Assembly (NCBI GenBank): GCA_031283185.1
Contig: JAITCH010000003.1
Location: forward strand, 39,900 to 103,899
Direction of reading: 5' to 3'
Length of the DNA: 64,000 nucleotides
Source: Rickettsiales bacterium
GTDB taxonomy: Bacteria > Pseudomonadota > Alphaproteobacteria > Rs-D84
Made by a program: the position numbers and the translations under genes. Of this stretch, positions 53,143 through 62,260 are shown in pieces. Numbering within the stretch: the first letter of the stretch is position 1; each line of letters begins with the position of its first letter. The notes below the pieces were generated by a model, which did no database searches, had not been told where the DNA came from, and saw nothing but the letters and a program-made list of their open reading frames with translations.

Positions 53143-53790
53143 ATGATACAAGATTTACAGAATTATAAAATTGATGATCTGTCGAACATAGATAAATTGC
53201 CGCAGGATGTCCAATTTCGTATATACAAGGCTTTGAACACGAAATTCCATAATTCGCCAATGCTTTGCGGTGAATCGTTCCAAAAAATCTCGGACGAAGA
53301 GATTCGGATATTCGGCATACACTATACTCCCAGCCAAATTCTGGTCATCGGTCCTGACGGACAAAAAACCCTGGACGGCAATAAGTCATATTATTATCTG
53401 CCGAAATACAAGTTTAGTAAAGACGATAATAAGTATATACAAAACAAGTTCGGAAGATTTGTGGAATTGGGTAAAGAATATAATATAAATATCGGCCAGG
53501 TTGCGATCGTCCCGGTGAAATATAAAGAGGATGAGTTCGCCAAGTGCGTGGGTCAGGCGATCCCCGAGGCTTATGATTTTTCCAATGCGGATGAACCTTG
53601 TTGTGTGCTGTGCGTGCCGTTCGAGGGCAGGGACCAGGCACTAATTTCCGGCGTCTTCTCGGATTGCCGCCTCTCGGTCGGCGACTTCGCGTGGTGCGCG
53701 GGGATTATTTTAATGAACTACGCGGGTGTGAACACGGCTTTCCAGGGCGCGGTGCGCTTGGCTCTCGAACAAGTGCAAAAAACTAGATAA
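53143..53790 (+). CDS. hypothetical protein, dispersed modular family (N-module + core + C-module)
   Basis: 215 aa; AAGGAG SD; ~65% identical to the 56935-57615 product; C-terminus FQGAVRLALEQVQKTR. Confidence 0.85.
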   Translation: MIQDLQNYKIDDLSNIDKLPQDVQFRIYKALNTKFHNSPMLCGESFQKISDEEIRIFGIHYTPSQILVIGPDGQKTLDGNKSYYYLPKYKFSKDDNKYIQNKFGRFVELGKEYNINIGQVAIVPVKYKEDEFAKCVGQAIPEAYDFSNADEPCCVLCVPFEGRDQALISGVFSDCRLSVGDFAWCAGIILMNYAGVNTAFQGAVRLALEQVQKTR

Positions 53791-53804
53791 CGAGAGAACG
53801 ATTT

Positions 53805-53843
53805 GGGGGGGGGCGGGGGCTTTTGTGCCCCCGCCCTTTTTTT
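53805..53843 (+). terminator. intrinsic terminator preceded by a G9 run
   Basis: G9 at 53805-53813; 10-bp stem gggcgggggc/gcccccgccc, loop ttttgt, T7. Confidence 0.8.
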
Positions 53844-53905
53844 ATTCACTTGACATTTAATATATAATATCACATAATATATACTATAAAATTAAAGGTG
53901 GTATT

Positions 53906-54190
53906 ATGAATGTTATACAAGATGTTCGCCCGATAAGCGATTTTGTAAAAAGTGCCGGAATGCTTCTTGATTCAGTAAAGGAAACTAAACGCCCAATGTT
54001 TATTACCAAAAACGGCGTAATTGATGGCGTTGTCCTTGACCCGCATTCATATCAGCAGTTGATTGATTCCCAAGAACAAGCAGTATTGCATGATATTCAT
54101 GCCGCACTGCGGGATATTGAAGCCGGAAGAACCACGCCATATGAACAAAGTTTTGATAGAATCAGAAAAAAATACGGATTCGGCGAATGA
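53906..54190 (+). CDS. Phd/YefM-type antitoxin
   Basis: 94 aa; RPISDFVKSAGMLLDSVKETKRPMFITKNGVIDGVVLDPHSYQQL; stop overlaps toxin start (ATGA). Confidence 0.85.
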   Translation: MNVIQDVRPISDFVKSAGMLLDSVKETKRPMFITKNGVIDGVVLDPHSYQQLIDSQEQAVLHDIHAALRDIEAGRTTPYEQSFDRIRKKYGFGE

Positions 54191-54513
54191 ATAAATATGT
54201 GGTTCAAACATCAGAAATATTTGAAAATCGGCTTGATGGAATCATTAAATACATATATTTAGAAAGTCCGCAGATAGCGGACAAGGTTTTTGATGCGCTA
54301 AAAGATATGGTGGGCAAGTTATCTTATATCGCGCTTGCTTGCCCGGTTGCTTATGAGGCGGTTTATGTGCCGGGTGTAAATCTTCGCCAAGTATTTTGTA
54401 AAAATTTCAGAATTATTTTTGTTGTTCGTGATGATAATGTTTTTGTCGCGGCGATACAGGCTTGCCGACAGAATTTGCTGTCCGAAGATGAAACTAAGAA
54501 CCTCGCTTTATGA
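54187..54513 (+). CDS. ParE/RelE-family toxin
   Basis: 108 aa; FRIIFVVRDDNVFVAAIQACRQNL typical C-terminal strand pattern; coupled to the antitoxin. Confidence 0.8.
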   Translation: MNKYVVQTSEIFENRLDGIIKYIYLESPQIADKVFDALKDMVGKLSYIALACPVAYEAVYVPGVNLRQVFCKNFRIIFVVRDDNVFVAAIQACRQNLLSEDETKNLAL

Positions 54514-54602
54514 CCCCCCATTCCAAACCTTTATATCCCCGGAAAACTTTCGCATCGCACTCCACAACGCAACGCTGGTCAACCATAAAATCGGATGGGG
54601 TA

Positions 54603-56735
54603 TTAAACTCCGGCGGATTTTTTGTGGGGTTCAATTAGGAAGTCTGGAAGGAACCCGGACGGCGAGATGGCCTGCTTTTTGCGAAGTCCTTCGTCTTCAA
54701 ACCACCTTGGCAAGTCCGCCTCTATCGGTCGGTTCGCGTGGCCTTGGATTATTACGATTTCTTTCTTTTCGGATAGGGTTATGATGTCCATTGGTGCGTA
54801 AAGCGGAACGGGTTCTTTATTTTTGCCATCATCTCCGACTTCAATTTTTTGACCCATCATATGGGAGAATGCTTCGGCAGTTTTCATAGAATTTTGGCGA
54901 AGAACGATTTTCGCGGCGGTGGTGGACATCAGGGTTTCTGCTGCCTCACGCGAATATCCCGCAGCAATTTGTTCCAAGTCTTGCCCGATAAGCAGGTATG
55001 AAACCTGTTGTCCGCGCCCGACTGCGGGACCTTCAATGACGGCATTCAGTTTTATCATTTTAGGAAATTCGTCCAATACGAACAGGACGGGGCAGGGGCC
55101 AATTTTTCCATCTGGCTTTACCAAATCGGGCGGATTGGATATAAGGAAGTTGGACATTAATTCAACGAAGATTCCAGTGATTGGATTAAGCGCGCCGGCA
55201 TCAACTTGGTTGATGGACAGATAGACCGTTACTGGTTTGATTTTTCCATCTTTTGGGTCTTTCATTCCGCGCAGGTCTTTGAAGTGGAAATCGGAATGCG
55301 AAGTGCGCGCGCGAACGGCGGCATTGCGGAACACGGCGAGCGATGCGAATACCGTCGACAAAATAGATCCGCGTTCCCGGTCTGGTGTGTTGGCAAGTTG
55401 CGTTAATTCCAAGATTGCGCGATGCGCGTATCCGAATTGTTTGGCCTCGTTCACTGCGCCTTGGAACAGGTCTTTCATAGAATCTTCCATTCCGACATAT
55501 TGGTCGCCTTGGCGGCGGCGTTCTTCGACCTTGGCTTGGATGGCGAGTTGCGAAGTATTTATCCAGTCAAAAATCATAGAGAAAGATGCTTCGCGTCCGA
55601 TCCAGTGCGGCGGGATGTTTGCCCAGGTTCCGATGTGGGCATAGTTTGCGTCCGTAAGGTTTCCTGCACGGAGAGCGGTAATGGCAGCGGTTGCGTTTAT
55701 GTCGGAAATTTGGGAGTAGTAAGATGCAAGAAGTTCTGCGTCCTCGGCGTCAAATTCGCCGGATTTCAGGCGGGAAAAGAACCAGTCGTTTGCGCGCGCG
55801 CGTTCAATCTTTGATACCATAAAGTGGATAAAGCCGGACAATGCTGCGCGTCCAGTCAGCGTCCAGTGAACTTCCTTTGATGTTTCGCCGATTAGAACAT
55901 TGCACATACTATCGACATAAAGTTCTCGTTCCGACATATCCGGCGGAATGTGGGACGGAGATAATGGATTCCACGAAGGGTAGTATATTCCGCGGGTTGG
56001 ATCGTCTTGACCTGCCCAGTTAATGACGAATACGGGACCTATTGTTGAACGATAGCCGGAAGTCATCCGGGATATTTCGGGCTTGGGGTCGTTCACGATC
56101 ATTGAAATCGTATCGCATTCAAATATGGTGGGCACAACGACTCCGGCGGTTTTACCAGTGCCCGGAGGGGCAACGCAAAGCGCGGATAATGTTTCGGTCA
56201 GTTTGATGTATTTCTTATTAAATTTCCCAAGCACCATCATAAAGCCGTCGAACAGGCTCGCGCCTTTGCCGCCCATTTTCTTGATGTCTTTTTCGTTTGC
56301 CTTGCGGGAAGACTTCTTGTCGAAGACATCTGAACCATAAGGACCCAGCGACTTGAAATTATCATTATTAATAATTATATAAACCGCGAAGGCAAGCATT
56401 GGGAAAATTGTATAAATATCGGTGCGAAGGATGACGCGCACTGCCCAGTCTGGGATTTCTGCGAATACGGAAAGACCGAACGAAGACAGGAAATTTTGCA
56501 GATAAATGGACAGCCAAATTTGGGTAGCGTGCGTCCATCCATAGCGCAGGATATGTTCGGCTGGGAATGCGGCGGCGAGGGATAGGAACAGGACGAGCAA
56601 GGCGAACACGGCGAATCTACCGCGCCAAAAGAAACGCGCCATAGGTGTCTGTTCGTGGTCGTCATATTTGGATGACAGGAAGACCCCGAGACCCTTTCCT
56701 TTTCCAGACGCCGAAAGAAGTTTTAATTTAGTCAT
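54603..56735 (-). CDS. virD4: type IV secretion coupling protein VirD4/TraG family
   Basis: 710 aa; N-terminal TM segments; Walker A VAPPGTGKTAGVVVPT; NDPKPE (VirD4 DPKGE-like); Walker B VLFVLDEFPKM. Confidence 0.88.
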   Translation of the reverse strand: MTKLKLLSASGKGKGLGVFLSSKYDDHEQTPMARFFWRGRFAVFALLVLFLSLAAAFPAEHILRYGWTHATQIWLSIYLQNFLSSFGLSVFAEIPDWAVRVILRTDIYTIFPMLAFAVYIIINNDNFKSLGPYGSDVFDKKSSRKANEKDIKKMGGKGASLFDGFMMVLGKFNKKYIKLTETLSALCVAPPGTGKTAGVVVPTIFECDTISMIVNDPKPEISRMTSGYRSTIGPVFVINWAGQDDPTRGIYYPSWNPLSPSHIPPDMSERELYVDSMCNVLIGETSKEVHWTLTGRAALSGFIHFMVSKIERARANDWFFSRLKSGEFDAEDAELLASYYSQISDINATAAITALRAGNLTDANYAHIGTWANIPPHWIGREASFSMIFDWINTSQLAIQAKVEERRRQGDQYVGMEDSMKDLFQGAVNEAKQFGYAHRAILELTQLANTPDRERGSILSTVFASLAVFRNAAVRARTSHSDFHFKDLRGMKDPKDGKIKPVTVYLSINQVDAGALNPITGIFVELMSNFLISNPPDLVKPDGKIGPCPVLFVLDEFPKMIKLNAVIEGPAVGRGQQVSYLLIGQDLEQIAAGYSREAAETLMSTTAAKIVLRQNSMKTAEAFSHMMGQKIEVGDDGKNKEPVPLYAPMDIITLSEKKEIVIIQGHANRPIEADLPRWFEDEGLRKKQAISPSGFLPDFLIEPHKKSAGV

Positions 56736-56797
56736 ATTTCATTATATCATAAAAAAATAATAATGTCATTTTTAACTTCCCTGTCCAACACGATATA

Positions 56798-56921
56798 GTC
56801 CCCTTCGCTGGCGAAGGGGTGGACGGCGTAGCCGGACGGGGTAGTGGTCAATAAAAATTCCCCGCCAATGGTGGCGGGGGTTAAATAAGTCATCCCGGGG
56901 CTTGACCCCGGGATCTTGCCG
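56798..56921. repeat. pile-up of palindromic elements (B, partial B, A)
   Basis: 56798-56848 (B), 56858-56880 (partial), 56889-56921 (A). Confidence 0.85.
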
Positions 56922-56934
56922 AATAAAATCGCCG

Positions 56935-57615
56935 TTATAGCACCATCCCCAAAGGCGGGCAGCAAGCCATACGAACAGCGTTCTGAAAATTAGAAAGATT
57001 ATCCGCGCTGTATATGGCATCACGCGCCGCACATTTGGCAAATTCGGGAACCGAGTGCCAATAGTCCGCGAAAATGCCGGAATTTAATGGTTTGTCCCTA
57101 CCTTCAAACGGAATGCAAAGTGCGCTACACTTCAAGTCGATTTCCCCTTTGTTAAAATCATAATACTCTGGGACAACATGGCCAACAATATTGGCAAAGT
57201 GGTTATTATAAAATTTCACTGGGACTATTGCGACCTGACCGATATTTACTCGGCACGCTTTACCCAAATCTACCCAGGCACAGAATCTATCTTTTATATA
57301 ATCATTGACGGTTTTATAGCAGGTTCCATAGTCGATTGTATCAAACTTACAGTTTGGCTTCCAATAATATGAATTATTGCCGTCCAGCGTTTCCTGTCCA
57401 TCCGCACTTATTATCAAAATTTGGCTTGGGGCATAGGTTAGACCGAATATCTTATATTCATCATCAGAAATTTTCTGGAACGATTGCCCGCCAAAAATTG
57501 GCGAATTTCGGTATTTAAGATTAAGGGATTTGTATATACGAAATTGGACTTCATCTGGCAATTTATCTATGTTTGACAGGTCGCCAATTTTATAATTCTG
57601 CAAATCTTTTATCAT
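56935..57615 (-). CDS. hypothetical protein, dispersed modular family
   Basis: 226 aa; MIKDLQNYKIGDLSNIDKLPDEVQFRIYKSL...; inverted paralog of 53143-53790. Confidence 0.85.
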   Translation of the reverse strand: MIKDLQNYKIGDLSNIDKLPDEVQFRIYKSLNLKYRNSPIFGGQSFQKISDDEYKIFGLTYAPSQILIISADGQETLDGNNSYYWKPNCKFDTIDYGTCYKTVNDYIKDRFCAWVDLGKACRVNIGQVAIVPVKFYNNHFANIVGHVVPEYYDFNKGEIDLKCSALCIPFEGRDKPLNSGIFADYWHSVPEFAKCAARDAIYSADNLSNFQNAVRMACCPPLGMVL

Positions 57616-57627
57616 TTGTTGTGCCTA

Positions 57628-58044
57628 TTAATGCTGGTTATCGCCCATCAAAGCAGTGCGGACATCCATTTGTTTTTTGGAAGCCGCTTCAAATTCCAAT
57701 TCCAGTTTTATCAGCAATTCATCGGTATTTTCTTGCGTTCCGGAATCTGACCGCTCTAAAACATCAATGCACTTGTTGTATCTGGTGATCATAATGTCTT
57801 CCACATCGTTGATAAGTTGCGGGGAAATTTGTTTGCTCATATATTTCATAGTGCGTTCAAAAAAGGATGTATCTTTATATCGCACTTTCACGATTTCGCG
57901 TGTTTGTTGTTTGTGTTTTTGGTCTGCATAACGCGCCTGTTGGGCGAGTTGTTTATTAAGCAATTGGTCGCGGTTGCGTTTTTTGCGCTGGCTTCCTGTG
58001 TGGAATCCGCGGCTATTTTCGTTTTGTGTTTCTTGCATAAACAT
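57628..58044 (-). CDS. hypothetical basic protein
   Basis: 138 aa; 12 nt upstream of the 56935 family gene on the same strand; no recognisable domain. Confidence 0.6.
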   Translation of the reverse strand: MFMQETQNENSRGFHTGSQRKKRNRDQLLNKQLAQQARYADQKHKQQTREIVKVRYKDTSFFERTMKYMSKQISPQLINDVEDIMITRYNKCIDVLERSDSGTQENTDELLIKLELEFEAASKKQMDVRTALMGDNQH

Positions 58045-58065
58045 AATGTGGTCTTCTAGGGTTGC

Positions 58066-58089
58066 GAAAGGGGCGTTTTCGCCCCTTTC
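58066..58089 (-). terminator. hairpin terminator after the LysM gene
   Basis: gaaaggggcgttttcgcccctttc perfect palindrome. Confidence 0.6.
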
Positions 58090-58096
58090 TGTTGAT

Positions 58097-59278
58097 TTAT
58101 TTATTCTTCGTCGGGATTACGAAGACCTGTTTCGGATAAATCCAGTGAGGATTTTTAATTTTATTGTTGTTTGCGTCAAATATGGCGGTGTATAGGACTC
58201 CGCGGCCGTATTGGTGGCGGGATATTATCCATAGGCAGTCGCCTCTGCGGACGGTGTAGTATGCTTCATCACCTGGTTTAGATTCTGGCAGGTTGAATTT
58301 ATGTTTGGCGACATCCACTACATTTCCGATGTCGTCGGTCATTTTGACTTCAACTGCATAGTCCTGACCAGCGCGAAAGTCGCTGAAATCGGCGTCTATG
58401 CCCCAGTTGCGGGAATCGCCAACTTTGGCTGCGCCGACAACATTGCCGTTGATGCTGGCTGCAACATTCAAGCGCGGCAGTCCGTGTCCTGACAGGCGCA
58501 CCATATTATTTGCCAAATAGTCTATTTTAGAGATAGTCAGTTGACCTTCTGCATTTGCCGGGGCTTGAAGGAATTTAGAACCATCGGCAGTCATTAATAG
58601 AGAGAGCGAAGATTCCTTCTTTTCGGACGCGACATAGACGAAGACGGAATCGCGGCTGGCGATTTTCTTGTCATTGTTCAGCAAGCGGATGATATAGTTG
58701 CCCGGCTTGAATTTTTTAGAAGTGCTAAAAGCGAATTCGCCGTTTGCATCGCAGGTTTCCGATCCGATGACTTTTTTGTTGACTTCAATCTGCACGAGTT
58801 GTTTTGGCAGGAAACGGCCGGCTACGACTAGTCCTCCACCTGGTTCAGTGCGAACCATATCAAATGTTGGGACGATTGTTTGGCTGACTGCGGACACATT
58901 GTCGCCTTCCATTGCGACTTCGGAAGTATTGGAAGATTTACCCAAAAAATGGTATCCTGCGAACGCGATAAGGGCGACTACGATGGCTATTGGGAACCAA
59001 TATGAAAGGATATTGCCCCAAGATTCGCCATTTGAATGACCTTTATCCAGGACTTGGGAGGTAGATGCAACGCGGACTGGTGCTGTGGTGGCTGCGACCT
59101 TTACTGCGCCTGGATTTTTGGCTGCTTCGGCTTTGGCCTTGCGGATAGCGTCAATTTTGGCGCGGAATAATTTTGTGCTGCTGAACGAAGTCGCAGGCTT
59201 ATCTGCGGACTTGGCTTTGGCTGCGGGTTTGGATTCCGATTTATCGCCGTCCAGTTTGATTTCTTTGAAGTCTACCAT
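58097..59278 (-). CDS. membrane-anchored LysM peptidoglycan-binding protein
   Basis: 393 aa; TM WFPIAIVVALIAFAGYHF; C-terminal LysM YYTVRRGDCLWIISRHQYGRGVLYTAIFDANNNKIKNPHWIYPKQVFVIP. Confidence 0.85.
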   Translation of the reverse strand: MVDFKEIKLDGDKSESKPAAKAKSADKPATSFSSTKLFRAKIDAIRKAKAEAAKNPGAVKVAATTAPVRVASTSQVLDKGHSNGESWGNILSYWFPIAIVVALIAFAGYHFLGKSSNTSEVAMEGDNVSAVSQTIVPTFDMVRTEPGGGLVVAGRFLPKQLVQIEVNKKVIGSETCDANGEFAFSTSKKFKPGNYIIRLLNNDKKIASRDSVFVYVASEKKESSLSLLMTADGSKFLQAPANAEGQLTISKIDYLANNMVRLSGHGLPRLNVAASINGNVVGAAKVGDSRNWGIDADFSDFRAGQDYAVEVKMTDDIGNVVDVAKHKFNLPESKPGDEAYYTVRRGDCLWIISRHQYGRGVLYTAIFDANNNKIKNPHWIYPKQVFVIPTKNK

Positions 59279-59373
59279 AATGGTCTCCTTGGATTTTGAC
59301 CTTTTTCTGTTGGCAGTCTAGCATAAGAAATCTTTTTGTCAAGCACATTTTAATCCCCTGTCAATCTTCTTTT

Positions 59374-59474
59374 GTCATCCCCGCGAAGGCGGGGATCTCA
59401 AATTGTAAAATGCCAAATAATTTTCCTGCCCCCGTTGCCGGGGGCGGGTGTCGGCTTTGCCGACGGGTGGGGGT
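59374..59474. repeat. family D plus family C palindromic elements
   Basis: 59374-59412 identical to 16688-16726; 59423-59474 ttcctgcccccgttgccgggggcgggtgtcggctttgccgacgggtgggggt. Confidence 0.85.
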
Positions 59475-59480
59475 ATTTGG

Positions 59481-62015
59481 TTAAAACTTCAACCTAATCT
59501 TCGCATTCGCAATCATCGCTGTGAATCCCATCGCGCGTTCCGCATTAATTCCTAAATCCAACCAGGCAAAATCGGGGTCAAGCGCAACCGCCGCCGCGCC
59601 GCCCATATTCCACGCTGCTCCGCGCCCAATGGTATCTTGCCCAACCAGCCCGTGGACTTTCAATTTATGACAAGACCCGACAGCGCAGGTCTTGTATTCC
59701 AAAACCGCACCGGCATCAATTACGGAAAATAACAATCCGCCCGCGCCGTGGAACAGCGCGTCCTTCCAGTCCGCGACATTAGATTTCTGCCAGGTGTATC
59801 GTGCAATGGGCGAAATGGTTATGTCGTCCATAAACTGGAATTTATGTTCTGCGGACGCGCCCGCAAAGGCGGAACCGATTGAAATCCGATTGCTTGATTC
59901 TATGCCGAATGAATTTTTATCTTCGTCAAACCAAGCATATTGATACCCTGTTCGCGCGGCGAAAGTCCATTGATCTACCGCGACCTCGGGCGAAAAGCGC
60001 GCGCCGATTAAATTGCCGCTTGCGCGTCCGTCCAAATAATCCATACCTGCATTGGCATAGTAAATGTTAAAGAATTTTGCCGCGCCGATTCCTGCGCCAT
60101 TTGCGTGTCCGTCAGATGCGATGACCGAGAATGCGCCGATGTCCAAATCGCCGGTTTGCCCGCCGATTCCGCGTTGAACTGCGGCGGCAAGAAGCAGGGC
60201 GGATGCCTCAAACTTTCCAAATATGCTGCGGGCGACTGCGTCCCATTCATTGGGAGTTTTCGCGGCGGCAAGCAAAGCCTTGGCCGCACCTTCCGGCGCG
60301 CCGTTTATATAATCAATCATTTGTTGCGGCAGGGCGGAATCAGTTCCAACCCAATCGGGATTTTGATATATAAAAACGCCAAGTTCATTTCCGCGCCTTT
60401 CCAACTTTGCGGAAAAGAAGTTTGATAGGTTTGTTTGAACCGTTGCGCCGCCATAATTAATATCGTCTGATATAAATAGGGTTATAAAATCACCAACCTC
60501 CGCGATGTTGGGATTTGTAATGTTCAATACTAATGTGGCATTGTTTATTGTTATGGAATCTAATCGGAGTGCGGCTGGCGAAGGCGCAACATTCAGGGTT
60601 ATAGTGCTATTATTGATGGCAATTAGATCCAACGCGGGATAACCCACTACATGATATGATGATGATAGGGTGGATACGCGTGCCGAGCCATAAGAATTTT
60701 TAGATGCTTTTGGCATATAATTGCTAAGGTCGATTATGTCATCCGCGTCATCGATGCGGATTCCGAATTTCGCGCCGCTTGATTTGTCGATTTGCAAACT
60801 GCCCAGTTCGGAATTTGATTTTACAATTTGTATCAGTTCTGCCCCGCGTTCAACTTTAATCTTTTCAGAAATTGTGCCAGAATTTTGAATGGTCGCGCTT
60901 TCACCGCGTTCTATAATAATGGCGACATCTATATCGCCGGAATTGATAAGTTCTCCTGACAGGATAATTTTGCCATCGCCAGTTATTTTTCCAGTATTTT
61001 CATAATCGCCGAAATACTCTTCGCCATTAATTGTCAGCGTTGTTTCCGGCGCGGGTGGTGCTGGTTCGGGTTTAATGCCTGTGTCCGGCTTTGGATCATT
61101 CGGCTGCGTTGGTTGTTCGGGCTCGCCCGGAGCGGCGGGTTCATTCTTGGAATTAAAGACCACATAAAATTCGTCATTGCTAAGAATAAAATCATAATTC
61201 CAATCGGACAGATCTATATTTGCTGACAGGCTCAGGTTGTCCCAAGATAAATTTTCTACGGAGTGAAAAATGGAAATGCGTTGTCCGGCGGATATTTCAG
61301 TAATGTTTAACGCAAGGGTTGTATTGCTAAAAAAATTCTTGCCCGTAAGGGCAAGGGAGTTTTCAGTGAGCGTAATTGTAGAATTAGTAATACTAAGCGC
61401 AGTTATATTGTAGTGATATTGTTCTAATTTTTTTAGTAAGTTAAAGGCATCCGTTTGGATGTCGTTAATTTGGACATTAAGTATTCCGGCGGAACCGGGG
61501 GATATATTAAGGCTTCCGATTTCTTGGTTTGTGAAAACGCGATGGGTCAGTTCTGCGTTCTTGGCGATTTCGACATTGAAATCGTTGACGGATAAATCTT
61601 GGTTGCGATTTGAGATGGATGCATTTCCACTGACTAGTATCTGCATATTTTTTATTGCGCCGAAATTTTCCAAATACGCGCCATTGGAAAGTTCAATTGC
61701 TTTTCGTTCAAATCCTGAAATTGTTCCATAGTTGGTCAGGGAGTATTCTTTTAATATGATGTAGTTTTGATTTGTTGAAGAACCGATTATCAAGGATTCA
61801 TTTTTTTCAACGGATAAGTTATGGGTTGCTGTGTATGATTTTTCTTTCAGGCTGCATCTGAATTCGTCATCTAGGTCTATGCAAGATAGTGTTCCTGGAT
61901 TTTTCCAATTTGCGGCGGAGTTTGACCAATCACTAACGGAGGCGAGGGAAGAATTTATGTGTGTTATAACACACATAGTGGCGGCTACCGCCGCCACTAA
62001 TAAATTGATTTTCAT
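59481..62015 (-). CDS. autotransporter outer-membrane protein
   Basis: 844 aa; signal MKINLLVAAVAATMCVITHINSSLA; Pro-rich linker EPAAPGEPEQPTQPNDPKPDTGIKPEPAPPAPE; C-terminal barrel ending NAKIRLKF. Confidence 0.85.
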   Translation of the reverse strand: MKINLLVAAVAATMCVITHINSSLASVSDWSNSAANWKNPGTLSCIDLDDEFRCSLKEKSYTATHNLSVEKNESLIIGSSTNQNYIILKEYSLTNYGTISGFERKAIELSNGAYLENFGAIKNMQILVSGNASISNRNQDLSVNDFNVEIAKNAELTHRVFTNQEIGSLNISPGSAGILNVQINDIQTDAFNLLKKLEQYHYNITALSITNSTITLTENSLALTGKNFFSNTTLALNITEISAGQRISIFHSVENLSWDNLSLSANIDLSDWNYDFILSNDEFYVVFNSKNEPAAPGEPEQPTQPNDPKPDTGIKPEPAPPAPETTLTINGEEYFGDYENTGKITGDGKIILSGELINSGDIDVAIIIERGESATIQNSGTISEKIKVERGAELIQIVKSNSELGSLQIDKSSGAKFGIRIDDADDIIDLSNYMPKASKNSYGSARVSTLSSSYHVVGYPALDLIAINNSTITLNVAPSPAALRLDSITINNATLVLNITNPNIAEVGDFITLFISDDINYGGATVQTNLSNFFSAKLERRGNELGVFIYQNPDWVGTDSALPQQMIDYINGAPEGAAKALLAAAKTPNEWDAVARSIFGKFEASALLLAAAVQRGIGGQTGDLDIGAFSVIASDGHANGAGIGAAKFFNIYYANAGMDYLDGRASGNLIGARFSPEVAVDQWTFAARTGYQYAWFDEDKNSFGIESSNRISIGSAFAGASAEHKFQFMDDITISPIARYTWQKSNVADWKDALFHGAGGLLFSVIDAGAVLEYKTCAVGSCHKLKVHGLVGQDTIGRGAAWNMGGAAAVALDPDFAWLDLGINAERAMGFTAMIANAKIRLKF

Positions 62016-62260
62016 AGGTATTCTCTCTCTTATATTTCTGACTTAATTCCTAGTGCGTGGAAACTACAATATGAACATATACGAAGTCAATGAAAAAATT
62101 ATAAAAATGAAAATTATTTTTGCGCTGACAGATTTGCTAGGATAATATGCACACAATAAGTAATTGTTTGTCAAATGTGGGTGGATCAATACTTTAATTG
62201 AAAAGCCGCTTGATCATATTATCCAAAACTTGCTAAACTATCAAAACAGGAAGGTTGGTT

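Noticed and set aside
38640-57041. ORFs composed mainly of repeat-element translations (38640-38963 -, 38960-39334 -, 39010-39381 -, 41684-42061 -, 49415-49714 -, 50405-51013 -, 50713-50898 +, 56747-56965 -, 56772-57041 -)
   Set aside because: They run through stacked palindromic elements or antisense to real genes (infA, secG). Peptides such as TTPSGKAGHPATIGGEF and HPFASEGD recur only because the DNA repeat recurs. They have no SD or plausible starts.
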